From Chlamydiia bacterium (GTDB lineage Bacteria > Chlamydiota > Chlamydiia > Chlamydiales > RGXB01), in contig JBEIFH010000001.1 in the NCBI GenBank assembly GCA_040382515.1, positions 93,579 to 157,578 on the forward strand: a DNA stretch of 64,000 nucleotides, in the 5' to 3' direction. Under the pieces are notes generated by a model. That model did no database searches. It was not told the origin of the DNA and was given only the letters and a program-made list of their open reading frames with translations. A program made the position numbers and the translations under genes. This document shows, one piece after another, positions 9,494 through 18,747 of the stretch (the first letter of the stretch is position 1; the number at the start of each line of letters is the position of its first letter).

Positions 9494-9583
9494 ATGGCCT
9501 CTGTTAAAAAGAAGCGCAAAGCGAAGATGAATCGCCACAAGTTGAAAAAACTTCGCAAACTCAACAGACACAAGAACCCCTAG
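9494..9583 (+). CDS. 29-aa basic micro-protein, bS22 / AURKAIP1-COX24 (DUF1713)-like
   Basis: Not in the ORF track (under 60 aa). My translation is MASVKKKRKAKMNRHKLKKLRKLNRHKNP. GGAG lies 6 nt upstream of the ATG. The stop is 8 nt before the mnmG ATG. Confidence 0.55.
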   Translation: MASVKKKRKAKMNRHKLKKLRKLNRHKNP

Positions 9584-9591
9584 TTCTTCCC

Positions 9592-11460
9592 ATGTGGACC
9601 TACGAGACATTTTACGATGTTCTCGTCGTCGGAGCAGGCCATGCCGGCTGTGAAGCTGCGCATGCGGCTGCAAAGATGGGGGCGAGGACACTTTTAGTTA
9701 CCATGAACTTGGATACTATTGCCAAGATGAGCTGCAATCCTGCGGTCGGGGGGACCGGTAAAGGGCAAATTGTGCGCGAAATCGATGCAATGGGCGGTAT
9801 CATGGGTCAAATTATAGATCAAACTGCCATCCAATTTAGAATGTTGAACCGTTCTAAAGGTCCCGCCGTTTGGTCTCCTCGTGCCCAGGCGGACAAACAC
9901 CTGTACGCTCAAAAAATGAAAGAGACCCTGGAAACAATCCCTAATCTTTTTTTGATGCAAGGGACAATCGAGGATCTGCTTATTGAAAACGGGGCGGTCG
10001 TAGGAATCTCTACCAAAGAGGGGATCGCTTTTCGCTCTTCTACAGTGATTCTCTCCTCTGGAACGTTCATGCAGGGGAAAATACATATAGGATCGACCCA
10101 ATTTTCGGGTGGAAGAGCCGGAGATCCCCCCTCTATTGGGCTCTCAAACAGCCTCTCACAACACGGATTGCGGTTGGGTCGACTCAAAACGGGTACCCCT
10201 TGCAGAATACACAAAAGGTCCGTTGATTTTTCCCAATGCGAACGGCAAGATGGTGAGGAGGATGTCCGATTCTCTTTCAAAAAAGGGTTTTTAAAGCTGC
10301 CTCAAGTCCCCTGTTATATCACCTATACATCCCAAGAAAGTCAAAAAATTGTAGAACAAAACCTCTACAAATCGGCTGGCTACTCCAAAAAAATGGTAGG
10401 CCCGCGCTACTGCCCCTCTATCGAGGATAAAATTGTCCGATTCAGCGATAAGGAGCGTCATCAAATATTTATTGAGCCGGAAGGGCTATACACCCAAGAG
10501 CTCTACTTGAACGGGATCTCAACCTCTTTGCCATTTGATGTGCAAGTACCGCTCATCCGATCGATTGCAGGTTTACAGAACGCTGAGATTGTACGCCCGG
10601 CGTATGCGATCGAATACGATTACGTAAAAAGCGGCCAGCTACAGCTTTCTCTTGAGACCAAAACTATCGAGGGATTATTTTTAGCCGGCCAAATCAATGG
10701 CACGACAGGTTACGAAGAGGCGGCAGGCCAAGGTTTTATTGCCGGGGTGAATGCTGCTTTAAAAGTGCAAGGGCGCCCCCCCTTCATTTTGAGCCCACAG
10801 GAGTCGTACATAGGGGTCATGATTGAAGACATCGTATCGATGGAATTGACCGAACCCTACCGGATGTTTACCAGCCGGGCCGGCGCTCGCCTTCTTTTAA
10901 GACAAGACAACGCGGATCTTAGACTTTCCCACTACGGCTATCAGCTAGGTGGGCTTGTCACAAAAGAGGAGATAGAGGCGCTAGATCTTAAAAAACAGAA
11001 GATCAAAGAGGCTATCCAACTACTCAAAAGACATGTCCAGGTTGAAGACCGGAGCTATACCTTGCAACAGATGATTGCACGGCCCGACAAAAGCTACTTG
11101 TCAGTACAACAAGACTACCCCCACTTAGTCCCGGATCTTGAAGAAGAGACCCGTTTTCAGGTAGAGCTTGAGCTCAAATACGCCGGTTACATCAGGCGTC
11201 AAGAGGAGGAAAACCAAAAACTCAAAGATCTCGACGCTATCAGTATTCCTGAAGGGATGGATTTTGAACTCGTTAAAGGGTTAAGAAATGAAGCTAGAGA
11301 GACATTAAAAAGGGTTCAGCCTTTGCATTTGGGCCAAATTGGGAGGCTTCCGGGGATCACTATAGCCGATCTGAACATTCTATTTGTGGCTATTAGAGGC
11401 TTTAGAAAAAATCCCCACCAAGCATCAGTCGCAACACTTCAAGAGACGGTTGTGTCGTAG
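9592..11460 (+). CDS. mnmG: tRNA uridine 5-carboxymethylaminomethyl modification enzyme MnmG (GidA)
   Basis: DVLVVGAGHAGCEAA FAD motif, MSCNPAVGG and GQINGTTGYEEAA. 622 aa. Confidence 0.95.
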   Translation: MWTYETFYDVLVVGAGHAGCEAAHAAAKMGARTLLVTMNLDTIAKMSCNPAVGGTGKGQIVREIDAMGGIMGQIIDQTAIQFRMLNRSKGPAVWSPRAQADKHLYAQKMKETLETIPNLFLMQGTIEDLLIENGAVVGISTKEGIAFRSSTVILSSGTFMQGKIHIGSTQFSGGRAGDPPSIGLSNSLSQHGLRLGRLKTGTPCRIHKRSVDFSQCERQDGEEDVRFSFKKGFLKLPQVPCYITYTSQESQKIVEQNLYKSAGYSKKMVGPRYCPSIEDKIVRFSDKERHQIFIEPEGLYTQELYLNGISTSLPFDVQVPLIRSIAGLQNAEIVRPAYAIEYDYVKSGQLQLSLETKTIEGLFLAGQINGTTGYEEAAGQGFIAGVNAALKVQGRPPFILSPQESYIGVMIEDIVSMELTEPYRMFTSRAGARLLLRQDNADLRLSHYGYQLGGLVTKEEIEALDLKKQKIKEAIQLLKRHVQVEDRSYTLQQMIARPDKSYLSVQQDYPHLVPDLEEETRFQVELELKYAGYIRRQEEENQKLKDLDAISIPEGMDFELVKGLRNEARETLKRVQPLHLGQIGRLPGITIADLNILFVAIRGFRKNPHQASVATLQETVVS

Positions 11461-11573
11461 ACAACCTGGCTCGACAGACTCCTCTTGAGTTTTTCTATAG
11501 GCTTATAAATTAGGCTTGATTGCAAAAATTCTCTTATCCATATAGTCTTTTAAAATAAAAAAAAAGAGCCTCC

Positions 11574-12260
11574 ATGAAAACGCTCCGTGTTGTGAAATTA
11601 AAAAACATGCCTATTTTCAATATGCTTGCTCTCGAAGAGCATCTATTAGAGGGGCCTTGTGAAAATATTTTGTTAGTCAACTACGGAACGCCTGATGCGA
11701 TTGTGCTAGGGAAATCAAATGATCGTCATGCCCTGGTCGTGGAGAATCCGAACGTCCCCCTTATCCGTCGGTTTTCAGGGGGTGGGACCGTCTATGTCGA
11801 CTCGTCAACCATTTTTATAAGCTGGATCTTATCGAAAGAACTAGAAGAGGCAAAATGTGTAGATACCCTTTTCAATTGGACAGTCGATGGATTCAAAAAA
11901 GCGCACCCGAACCTACCAATAGACCGTATAGAAACCGATTACGTACTTGAAAAGAATAAAGTTGGTGGCACGGCACAATATGTAAAAAAAGATCGTATTT
12001 TGCACCATACCAGCTTTCTATTTGATTTCTCGAATGAGAAGCTTTCACTCCTTAAAACACCCCAAAAGGCACCGGCATATAGACAAAATCGCCCCCACGC
12101 CACCTTTGTCACCTCTTTAAAGAGCCACTTCACAAAACCGCAAGATTTTGTAGATCCCTATCTTGAGGAGCTCACAAAGGAATTTTCCTTAAGAGAAATT
12201 TCGATGCTTGAAATTTTACAAGACCTCAAAAGTCCAAAACAAACCGTATACCTTGAGTGA
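11574..12260 (+). CDS. lplA: lipoate-protein ligase, catalytic domain only
   Basis: RRFSGGGTVYVD and the downstream K-containing segment match the LplA/LipB/BirA fold. At 228 aa it lacks the C-terminal accessory domain of E. coli LplA. Confidence 0.75.
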   Translation: MKTLRVVKLKNMPIFNMLALEEHLLEGPCENILLVNYGTPDAIVLGKSNDRHALVVENPNVPLIRRFSGGGTVYVDSSTIFISWILSKELEEAKCVDTLFNWTVDGFKKAHPNLPIDRIETDYVLEKNKVGGTAQYVKKDRILHHTSFLFDFSNEKLSLLKTPQKAPAYRQNRPHATFVTSLKSHFTKPQDFVDPYLEELTKEFSLREISMLEILQDLKSPKQTVYLE

Positions 12261-12289
12261 CCTTCTTTAAGGCCCGGTTGAGTATAGAT

Positions 12290-13057
12290 CTACTCCTCAG
12301 GGCTATTGGAGCCAAAAAACTCTTTGAACGCATGAGAAGTTACCTGATCCCCTAATTCCGCAATAGCTTCCACAAGATCAATTTTTTTCGGGCAGACTTG
12401 TACACAATTTTGCGCTTTACTACACTCATGCAACCCCCCTTTTCCCATCATGGTATCCAACCTCTCCTCCTTGTTGGATTTTCCATTTGGGTGCAAGTTG
12501 AACAGTCTTGCCTGTCCCACCACCGCAGCACCGACAAACTGTGTTGTTTTTGTGTAGTTCGGACAAGCAACAAGGCAGCAGCCACAGCTCATACAAGTCG
12601 ATAGCTCGTACATCACCTCTTGCGTCTTCGGAAGAATTTTCGGACCAAATTTGGTGCTTCGACTCCCGTCTACCTCGCTCCAGCCTTTGATCCTTTTCAA
12701 ATCGTCAAAAATTCTAGATCGATCAATCACAAGATCCCGTATAAGAGGGTAACAATCAAAAGGGGCCAGATGTATCCTATCAGTCCCGGTCTCGTCTAAA
12801 ATAGGCTGTATCATCGCTGTACAGGATTGTCTCGGGATACCATTGATAAGCATCGAACAGGACCCGCAGACCTCCTCGAGGCAAGCTTGCTCCCAGACTA
12901 CCGGTGTCGTCAGTTCCCCTTTTTTGTTGATCGGCCGCTTTTGGATCTCCATCAAAGCGGTGATCACGTTCATTAAAGGGGTAAGCTCCAGCTCAAACTC
13001 CTCAATATACTGGTTTCCTTCAGTTCCTCGAAGAATTTGTAGGGTGAACGATTTCAT
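12290..13057 (-). CDS. sdhB: succinate dehydrogenase iron-sulfur subunit
   Basis: Cysteine clusters CLEEVCGSCSM, CMSCGCCLVACP and CSKAQNCVQVCP. Lies directly downstream of sdhA. Confidence 0.9.
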   Translation of the reverse strand: MKSFTLQILRGTEGNQYIEEFELELTPLMNVITALMEIQKRPINKKGELTTPVVWEQACLEEVCGSCSMLINGIPRQSCTAMIQPILDETGTDRIHLAPFDCYPLIRDLVIDRSRIFDDLKRIKGWSEVDGSRSTKFGPKILPKTQEVMYELSTCMSCGCCLVACPNYTKTTQFVGAAVVGQARLFNLHPNGKSNKEERLDTMMGKGGLHECSKAQNCVQVCPKKIDLVEAIAELGDQVTSHAFKEFFGSNSPEE

Positions 13058-13066
13058 CTGAGCTCC

Positions 13067-14956
13067 TCACACGTAAGCCGGTAAATTTGAGGGAATTTTA
13101 GAGAGGTCAAGGCTCTCCAAAGTCACTTTTTTCTTATAATCCCGTTTTGCCACAGTAAAGTATCTGGTGTCAACGTCACGGAAGCTCATGACAGGCTCCT
13201 CCCGATTCGGGTCATAGGTCGCTATCGTATGTTTTAAGAAATGCACATCATCCCGATTGGGAAACTCGGGCTTAAAATGCCCTCCGCGCGATTCATCACG
13301 TAAAAGGGCCCCTTTTGCTATAACGAGTGCAATTTCTAGCATCCCTCTGAACTGATTTGCAAAAATAAATGTTTGATTCAGCTCATTTGATGTGTCATCA
13401 AGACGGATATTTTTATACCTTTGCCGTATTTTCTTGATCTCCTGCACCGCTTTTTCTAAAGACTCATTATGACGCACCACGGTACAATCACGCACCAAGA
13501 TCTCGGAAAGCTCTTCATGGAGCTGGTGGATGTTTTCCACACCCTTTTTTGACATGAGCTCATGCTTGAAAGCCTGCTCTTTTGCCAACGCCCTTTCAAA
13601 AACTTCCTCTGGTATTTCCTTGTAATCTTTTTTCAACTGGTGGAAATAGGGCTGCATCTCATCCCCCACAACAAGCCCGTCAAAAATACACGAAATCAAA
13701 GAATTTCCCCCAAGGCGGTTTGCTCCGTGGATTCCATATTGGGATTCTCCCACATTGAAGCATCCGGTAAGATTTGTCATGTACTTAAACCTTAAATGCC
13801 GGTCCCCATCCTCTTCGGCAGGATAATCGACAAAAGCCCCTCCCATCGTGTAGTGCACTCCGGGGTAAATTTTCATTGGCTTCACTTTAGGATCTTCACC
13901 GGTAAATTTTTGGTAAATTTCAAAAACAGACTGGAATTTTTTCACTAAAGACTCATCAAAACCGGTGCAGTCGAGATAGACCTGTTTATGCCCCTCAACC
14001 CCAAGCCCCAATTCACAAACCTGGTGAATCGCCCTAGCGGCAATATCGCGCGGCACAAGATTTCCCAATAGCTTGTACATATCCTCTAAAAAATACCAGC
14101 GCTCCCCCGTTTTACCACAAGGTATCCAATTCCCGTTTTCATCTTTGATCTGTTTTGTCTCATCACCAAAGACCCAAACACGGGCAAATCCCCGCAGTGT
14201 TTCAGTCATAAGACGTAACTTATCATGGCCAGGAATCGAGGTTGGATGGATCTGTATAAATTCCCCGTTTGCATACTCCATTCCCTGCATGAACAAGCGA
14301 CCGTTGGCAGCGCCGGTGCAAATCGTGGAGTTGGTGCTTTTTTTGAACATAAAGCCCAGTCCGCCGGTGCCGATAATCACCGCGTTGGCTTTTAGAACTT
14401 CCAACTTGAGATTATAATGGTCCATCAAAATAATCCCGCGTGCAATCCCTTCTTCATCTAATACGAGGCGCATAAATTCATGGTGCTCATATTTTTTGAC
14501 AAGCCCCTTCACCTCATAACGGCGCACCTGCTCGTCAAGTGCGTATAATAGCTGTTGTCCCGTAGAAGATCCGCAATACACCGTTCTGTTGAATGTGGTC
14601 CCCCCGAACCGCCTTACATCCAGCCCCCCCTCGAGATTTCGATTGAATGTGCAGCCAAACCGATCAAGCATTTTGATGATTTGGGGAGCCGCCAAACACA
14701 TCTCCACGACTTGAGGCTGGTTGGCAAGAAAATCGCCCCCTTTCACTGTTTCATAGGCATGGATGTAGGGTGAATCTCCCTCATTTTTTAAGTTGACCGC
14801 TGCGTTGATCCCCCCTTGGGCACAAACGGAATGGCTCCTTTTTACTTTAGTTAAAGAAACCAGGTGGACCAAAATCCCGTGTTCCGCCAATCGCATCGCA
14901 GCCGAAAGGCCTGCAAGCCCTCCACCCACTACAATCACTTCCTGTTGTATTGCCAT
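13067..14956 (-). CDS. sdhA: succinate dehydrogenase flavoprotein subunit
   Basis: VVGGGLAGLSAA, RSHSVCAQGGINA (covalent-FAD His region) and HGANRLGGNSL. 629 aa. Confidence 0.95.
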   Translation of the reverse strand: MAIQQEVIVVGGGLAGLSAAMRLAEHGILVHLVSLTKVKRSHSVCAQGGINAAVNLKNEGDSPYIHAYETVKGGDFLANQPQVVEMCLAAPQIIKMLDRFGCTFNRNLEGGLDVRRFGGTTFNRTVYCGSSTGQQLLYALDEQVRRYEVKGLVKKYEHHEFMRLVLDEEGIARGIILMDHYNLKLEVLKANAVIIGTGGLGFMFKKSTNSTICTGAANGRLFMQGMEYANGEFIQIHPTSIPGHDKLRLMTETLRGFARVWVFGDETKQIKDENGNWIPCGKTGERWYFLEDMYKLLGNLVPRDIAARAIHQVCELGLGVEGHKQVYLDCTGFDESLVKKFQSVFEIYQKFTGEDPKVKPMKIYPGVHYTMGGAFVDYPAEEDGDRHLRFKYMTNLTGCFNVGESQYGIHGANRLGGNSLISCIFDGLVVGDEMQPYFHQLKKDYKEIPEEVFERALAKEQAFKHELMSKKGVENIHQLHEELSEILVRDCTVVRHNESLEKAVQEIKKIRQRYKNIRLDDTSNELNQTFIFANQFRGMLEIALVIAKGALLRDESRGGHFKPEFPNRDDVHFLKHTIATYDPNREEPVMSFRDVDTRYFTVAKRDYKKKVTLESLDLSKIPSNLPAYV

Positions 14957-14959
14957 AGG

Positions 14960-15961
14960 TCAGCTCCTCAAATTGATCCAATAAGTTCCCCAAACTGCGC
15001 TCAAGCCCAAAAAGCCCAATAAAAACATCAGCCCAACGCAAACTTTTAACATCCGCCTTTGGGAGACCTGTTTTACGACAAGCCCCCAGGTAATTGTAAA
15101 CGCCCACAGACCATTAAACCCGTGAAAGACTGCAGCAGCAACAAAAATCGTATATAAAATTGCCTTGATGGGACTTTTGAAGACATCTCTGACATTCATC
15201 AATTGTGAAGTTCCAAAAGAGTTCGTCACTAAAATCACCTGATTGGGTTCAAGCTCCCTCTTTGTCAATCCCTGGTAAAATTCCTCCATCTCGACCGCTT
15301 TACCCTTTTGTTTTCCCAGCTCGGATGCTTCCAAATTATACTGTAAGCCACCCCCGTCGATCTCTTTCGCCCGCTGGTCAACAAGGGTCTGTTGCCCCAG
15401 CTCTTTGTTGAGAGCATCTTTATATTCTGTAATAGCTGCAGCATCATACAGCGAAAAACCCAACCTGTCTTGCAGCGAGTAAAGTCCGCTATCGAAGGAG
15501 ATACGGGTGAAAAAAAGCCTATTACTCCCCTCCTTAGCCTCGGCAGGATACAGATAGAAACGAAAAAGGGCGACATGAGCTATGATTCCGAACAACAAAA
15601 TCCAGGCAGTCCACTTCTGAAAGGTGTAAGCCCTGCTCCTTGTATAGGACATATAGGGTCTTGACCCCTCTTTAGAGCCAAAAGAATTGGATCTGCCGTA
15701 CAAGGCTTTTTGGATCCCGATAATAGCGTGGTACACGATCGGCACACCGATAAACGTCAGCTCCACAACTTGTAGATAGGGCAAGTCATGTATAAAATTG
15801 ACCATCCGGACAAAACCGGCCCCGTCATCTCCGATTAAGAGAGCCGCTTGTGAATTTGTTAAGAGATGCTCAAAAAGGAAAATCACAATCAGCAAACCGG
15901 TCAAAGAGTGCAAACGTGATAGAATAAATTCTTTTGGTAGGTTGTTTTTACGGGGATCCAT
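14960..15961 (-). CDS. sdhC: succinate dehydrogenase cytochrome b558-type membrane subunit
   Basis: Lies 3 nt upstream of sdhA. The protein is multi-TM with LHSLTG...FEHLLTN and later His-containing helices, resembling the Bacillus-type single-subunit anchor. It carries a roughly 120-aa hydrophilic insert. Confidence 0.75.
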   Translation of the reverse strand: MDPRKNNLPKEFILSRLHSLTGLLIVIFLFEHLLTNSQAALLIGDDGAGFVRMVNFIHDLPYLQVVELTFIGVPIVYHAIIGIQKALYGRSNSFGSKEGSRPYMSYTRSRAYTFQKWTAWILLFGIIAHVALFRFYLYPAEAKEGSNRLFFTRISFDSGLYSLQDRLGFSLYDAAAITEYKDALNKELGQQTLVDQRAKEIDGGGLQYNLEASELGKQKGKAVEMEEFYQGLTKRELEPNQVILVTNSFGTSQLMNVRDVFKSPIKAILYTIFVAAAVFHGFNGLWAFTITWGLVVKQVSQRRMLKVCVGLMFLLGFLGLSAVWGTYWINLRS

Positions 15962-16101
15962 GTCTGTTTTCTACTTACTTTACAATAATTGCTTTGAAAC
16001 CTTGCCAAGAAATGTTTCTTAGCTTCGTCCTTGTCCAACGGTTAGTGAATTTTTAAGGTATCTTGTATTAAACGTGGTTTAAACGTTTTTTTGAAGGAAA
16101 A

Positions 16102-16848
16102 TTACAATCCAAAAAGCTCTTTAGAAGTTTTAACTATTTTTTCCTCAACTTCCGCTCTTGTTTTTTTTTGGAGCCGGGCAATTTTCTCTATGATGTAAGG
16201 GATATAGGCCGGCTCGTTTGTTTTACCACGGAACGGTTCGGGGGCAAGCCAGGGGGCATCCGTCTCCACCAGCATCTGTTCAAGAGGGACGCTTGCAGCA
16301 ATCTCCTGCATCTGGGTGGCGTTCTTGAAGGTGACCACTCCGCTGAAAGAGAGATAAAAACCTTTTTCAAGAGCCCAACGAGCTACCTCAAAAGAGCCCG
16401 CAAAACAGTGAAGAATCCCTTTTTTTACCCGATTTTTTTCGATGAAATCGATCAATTCCTGATAGGCATTCCTACAATGAATTGAAAGGGGCAAATCCAA
16501 ATCGTTGGCCAACTCAATATGTTTTTTAAAGTACTCTTTTTGAATCGCCAGATGCTCCTGTGAATGGTGCAAATCGAGACCGGTTTCTCCAATCGCAACA
16601 ATCTTCTTGCTAGATGCAAGCCCACAAATTAGGTCAAAATGCCCATTTTCCACCTCGTGCGCATGGCAAGGGTGAATCCCTGCCACCGCCGGTACCGTCG
16701 GATATTCCTGGTGAATTTTCAGTCCCCTCTCTATATCCTTCACGTCGATGCAGATATTGATTACGTGGTCTACCCCGTTCTCGAAAGCCCTTTTGAGAAC
16801 TTCCTTGTAATCTTCTCCCAAATGGCAGTGCGTATCAATCATTGACAA
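16102..16848 (-). CDS. tatD: TatD-family metal-dependent hydrolase
   Basis: IDTHCHL, GETGLD, SIHCR, ILHCF and ETDAPWL motifs. 248 aa. Confidence 0.9.
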   Translation of the reverse strand: MSMIDTHCHLGEDYKEVLKRAFENGVDHVINICIDVKDIERGLKIHQEYPTVPAVAGIHPCHAHEVENGHFDLICGLASSKKIVAIGETGLDLHHSQEHLAIQKEYFKKHIELANDLDLPLSIHCRNAYQELIDFIEKNRVKKGILHCFAGSFEVARWALEKGFYLSFSGVVTFKNATQMQEIAASVPLEQMLVETDAPWLAPEPFRGKTNEPAYIPYIIEKIARLQKKTRAEVEEKIVKTSKELFGL

Positions 16849-16927
16849 GTAGCCTCCGAATCAGTAGGTTGGATAACAAGTAAACTCTCTATAACGATAA
16901 ATTTACCCATCCCTAAACGAGATAATT

Positions 16928-17626
16928 ATGACATCCATTTACATTTTTGTCAGCGCATTTAAGGATTCCGACGGCTTCGGTAAAATCATTTTTTTGCTCC
17001 TTTTTTCACTCTCGTTTCTCTCCTGGTTTATTTTGATTTTTAAAGCTCGCCAGTTTGGTAAGCTGGAAAAAGAGATGCAAACTTTTCTTCTCAATTTTGA
17101 AAAAAAAGAGCATCCGATTCTAGAAAAATCCATTTTAGAAACCCTCACCTCCAATCCGATGTTCTCTCTCTACAAACAATTTAAAAAATGCACGATAGAC
17201 CTATTGGAACGTAATCGCCAGCTCGATAGGGTGGAAGAAAACTTTTTAACCAGATCCGATGTGGAGATGCTGGAGAACTATCTGGATCAAAAAGTTTTGC
17301 TGAACAGCAAAGATTTGGATAAAAACCTTTTCATCCTCTCTACCTCCATATCCTTGGCCCCATTTTTAGGAATTTTAGGGACGGTTTGGGGCTTGCTCGT
17401 GAGCCTTACCGGTCTTGGAAAAGGTGTATCAGCCCTTTCGAACCAGGTTGTGATGGGTGGCCTTTCCACCGCTCTGGCCACTACGGTAATAGGCCTTCTA
17501 ATAGCGATACCGGCACTCATCGGCTATAATTACTTGAAATCGAAAGCAAAAGAAATGACTCTATCGATGGGCTCTTTTTGCGCTCTACTCGTGCACGAGG
17601 TAGAGATGGGATATCGAAGGGATTGA
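16928..17626 (+). CDS. tolQ: MotA/TolQ/ExbB proton-channel protein
   Basis: Three TM segments and a conserved C-terminal region GILGTVWGL...GGLSTALATTVIGLLIAIPAL. First gene of a tol-pal-like cluster. Confidence 0.85.
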   Translation: MTSIYIFVSAFKDSDGFGKIIFLLLFSLSFLSWFILIFKARQFGKLEKEMQTFLLNFEKKEHPILEKSILETLTSNPMFSLYKQFKKCTIDLLERNRQLDRVEENFLTRSDVEMLENYLDQKVLLNSKDLDKNLFILSTSISLAPFLGILGTVWGLLVSLTGLGKGVSALSNQVVMGGLSTALATTVIGLLIAIPALIGYNYLKSKAKEMTLSMGSFCALLVHEVEMGYRRD

Positions 17627-17630
17627 CCGG

Positions 17631-18041
17631 ATGCGAAAACGCTTTCTCGACGAAATAGCCGAAGAAACAGACCTCATCAACCTTACCCCCCTGATTGATG
17701 TTCTTTTCACAGTCCTAGTATTGTTTATTGTTATCTCCCCATTTTTGGACATCGAATCGATCCAGTTAGCCCAAAAAGGGGTGGAGGCAAACGGGCAAAG
17801 GGAAAAAAGGAAGATCCGTATTTTTGTCCAAAAAACGGGTCAAATTAAAATCAACGATACGCCGGTGACACTGAAACAGCTCCCAGGCGTTCTAGACGAA
17901 CTAAAAAAATCATTCCGTGAGGAGATTCCGGAGCTCTACCAGGATAAGAACTCCTCTTTTGGAACCTATTTGAATGTGAAACATGCGCTGGAACAAGCAG
18001 GATTTGAAGAGATGGATCTTGTGGTCCAACCCGAAGGATAG
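17631..18041 (+). CDS. tolR: ExbD/TolR family protein
   Basis: INLTPLIDVLFTVLVLFIV single-TM signature. 136 aa. Lies 4 nt after tolQ. Confidence 0.8.
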   Translation: MRKRFLDEIAEETDLINLTPLIDVLFTVLVLFIVISPFLDIESIQLAQKGVEANGQREKRKIRIFVQKTGQIKINDTPVTLKQLPGVLDELKKSFREEIPELYQDKNSSFGTYLNVKHALEQAGFEEMDLVVQPEG

Positions 18042-18684
18042 TCCAAAAAAAATCGCTCTTAAAAGAACCATACAGGTACACCTATTGGTCTTGCTACTGT
18101 TCTCTTTCAGCTCCACTTTTTCTTTTCCATCACGGCCCAAACAAAAAATGCGTGTCCACACCACCCATTTAAATAGCAAAAACCCTACTGTCCTTAAGGA
18201 AAAATCCCCCCTTGAAAAAAAGGGGAGGGCTCCTGAAAAGAAAGTGCCGGTTCAAGAAAAAAAGGGGATCAAGCCCCCCCCTCAAGTTAAGAAACCCCTA
18301 ACGCCAATTCAAGAAAAAAAGAGCCCGATGAAACGGATCGAAGAGCTCGAAAGAGATCTTAAAAAAATTGAAACCTCTTTCAAGGAGGCCCCAAAAGATC
18401 TTTTTGTAGGGTTAGAATATGGAATAGATTTAAAAGATTCTATCCCATACGAAACGCAAGTGGTCCAAATTCTACAAAAAGCTTTGAGGCTCGTCGATCC
18501 AGAAAGCGTTGATGTAGTGATCCAGGTTCTTCCCAACGGACTCGTGGAAACTATCCTTGAAATTCGTTCAAACAGCCCCTTGAATGCTAAAATTGTCGCA
18601 ACCGCGTTAGAGAAAATGGTCTTTCCCCCTTTTGAAGCAAATGAGCCCCTAGAGCTGAGCCTGCATCTTTGTACTGGAAACTAA
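17983..18684 (+). CDS. TolA/TonB-like protein (start uncertain)
   Basis: One TM (VHLLVLLLFSFSS), a Lys/Pro/Glu-rich linker (EKKGRAPEKKVPVQEKKGIKPPPQVKKP) and a small C-terminal domain. The position between tolR and tolB supports the call. The track start overlaps tolR by 59 nt, so the true start is probably an internal TTG. Confidence 0.6.
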   Translation: MRWNKQDLKRWILWSNPKDSPKKIALKRTIQVHLLVLLLFSFSSTFSFPSRPKQKMRVHTTHLNSKNPTVLKEKSPLEKKGRAPEKKVPVQEKKGIKPPPQVKKPLTPIQEKKSPMKRIEELERDLKKIETSFKEAPKDLFVGLEYGIDLKDSIPYETQVVQILQKALRLVDPESVDVVIQVLPNGLVETILEIRSNSPLNAKIVATALEKMVFPPFEANEPLELSLHLCTGN

Positions 18685-18747
18685 GACGTGATTTCTTTAT
18701 TCTACCCATAAAATGGATGTGAAAAAAAATTCTACAGGAGGATCTTC

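Noticed and set aside
11534-11542. TTATCCATA (8 of 9 match to a DnaA box) lies near mnmG/gidA and dnaB, with AT-rich spacers at 9270..9490. This could indicate a replication origin.
   Set aside because: There is only one box-like sequence and no cluster of boxes. No dnaA or dnaN is nearby. AT-richness is typical of intergenic DNA here.
11540-11554. An exact 15-mer, ATATAGTCTTTTAAA, is shared upstream of lplA (11540..11554) and rsmD (31584..31598). It might be a common promoter or operator.
   Set aside because: A single 15-nt AT-rich match within 64 kb on two strands is about what chance predicts. The spacings to plausible -35 elements are poor (19 and 25 nt). The distances to the start codons differ (20 vs 31 nt).
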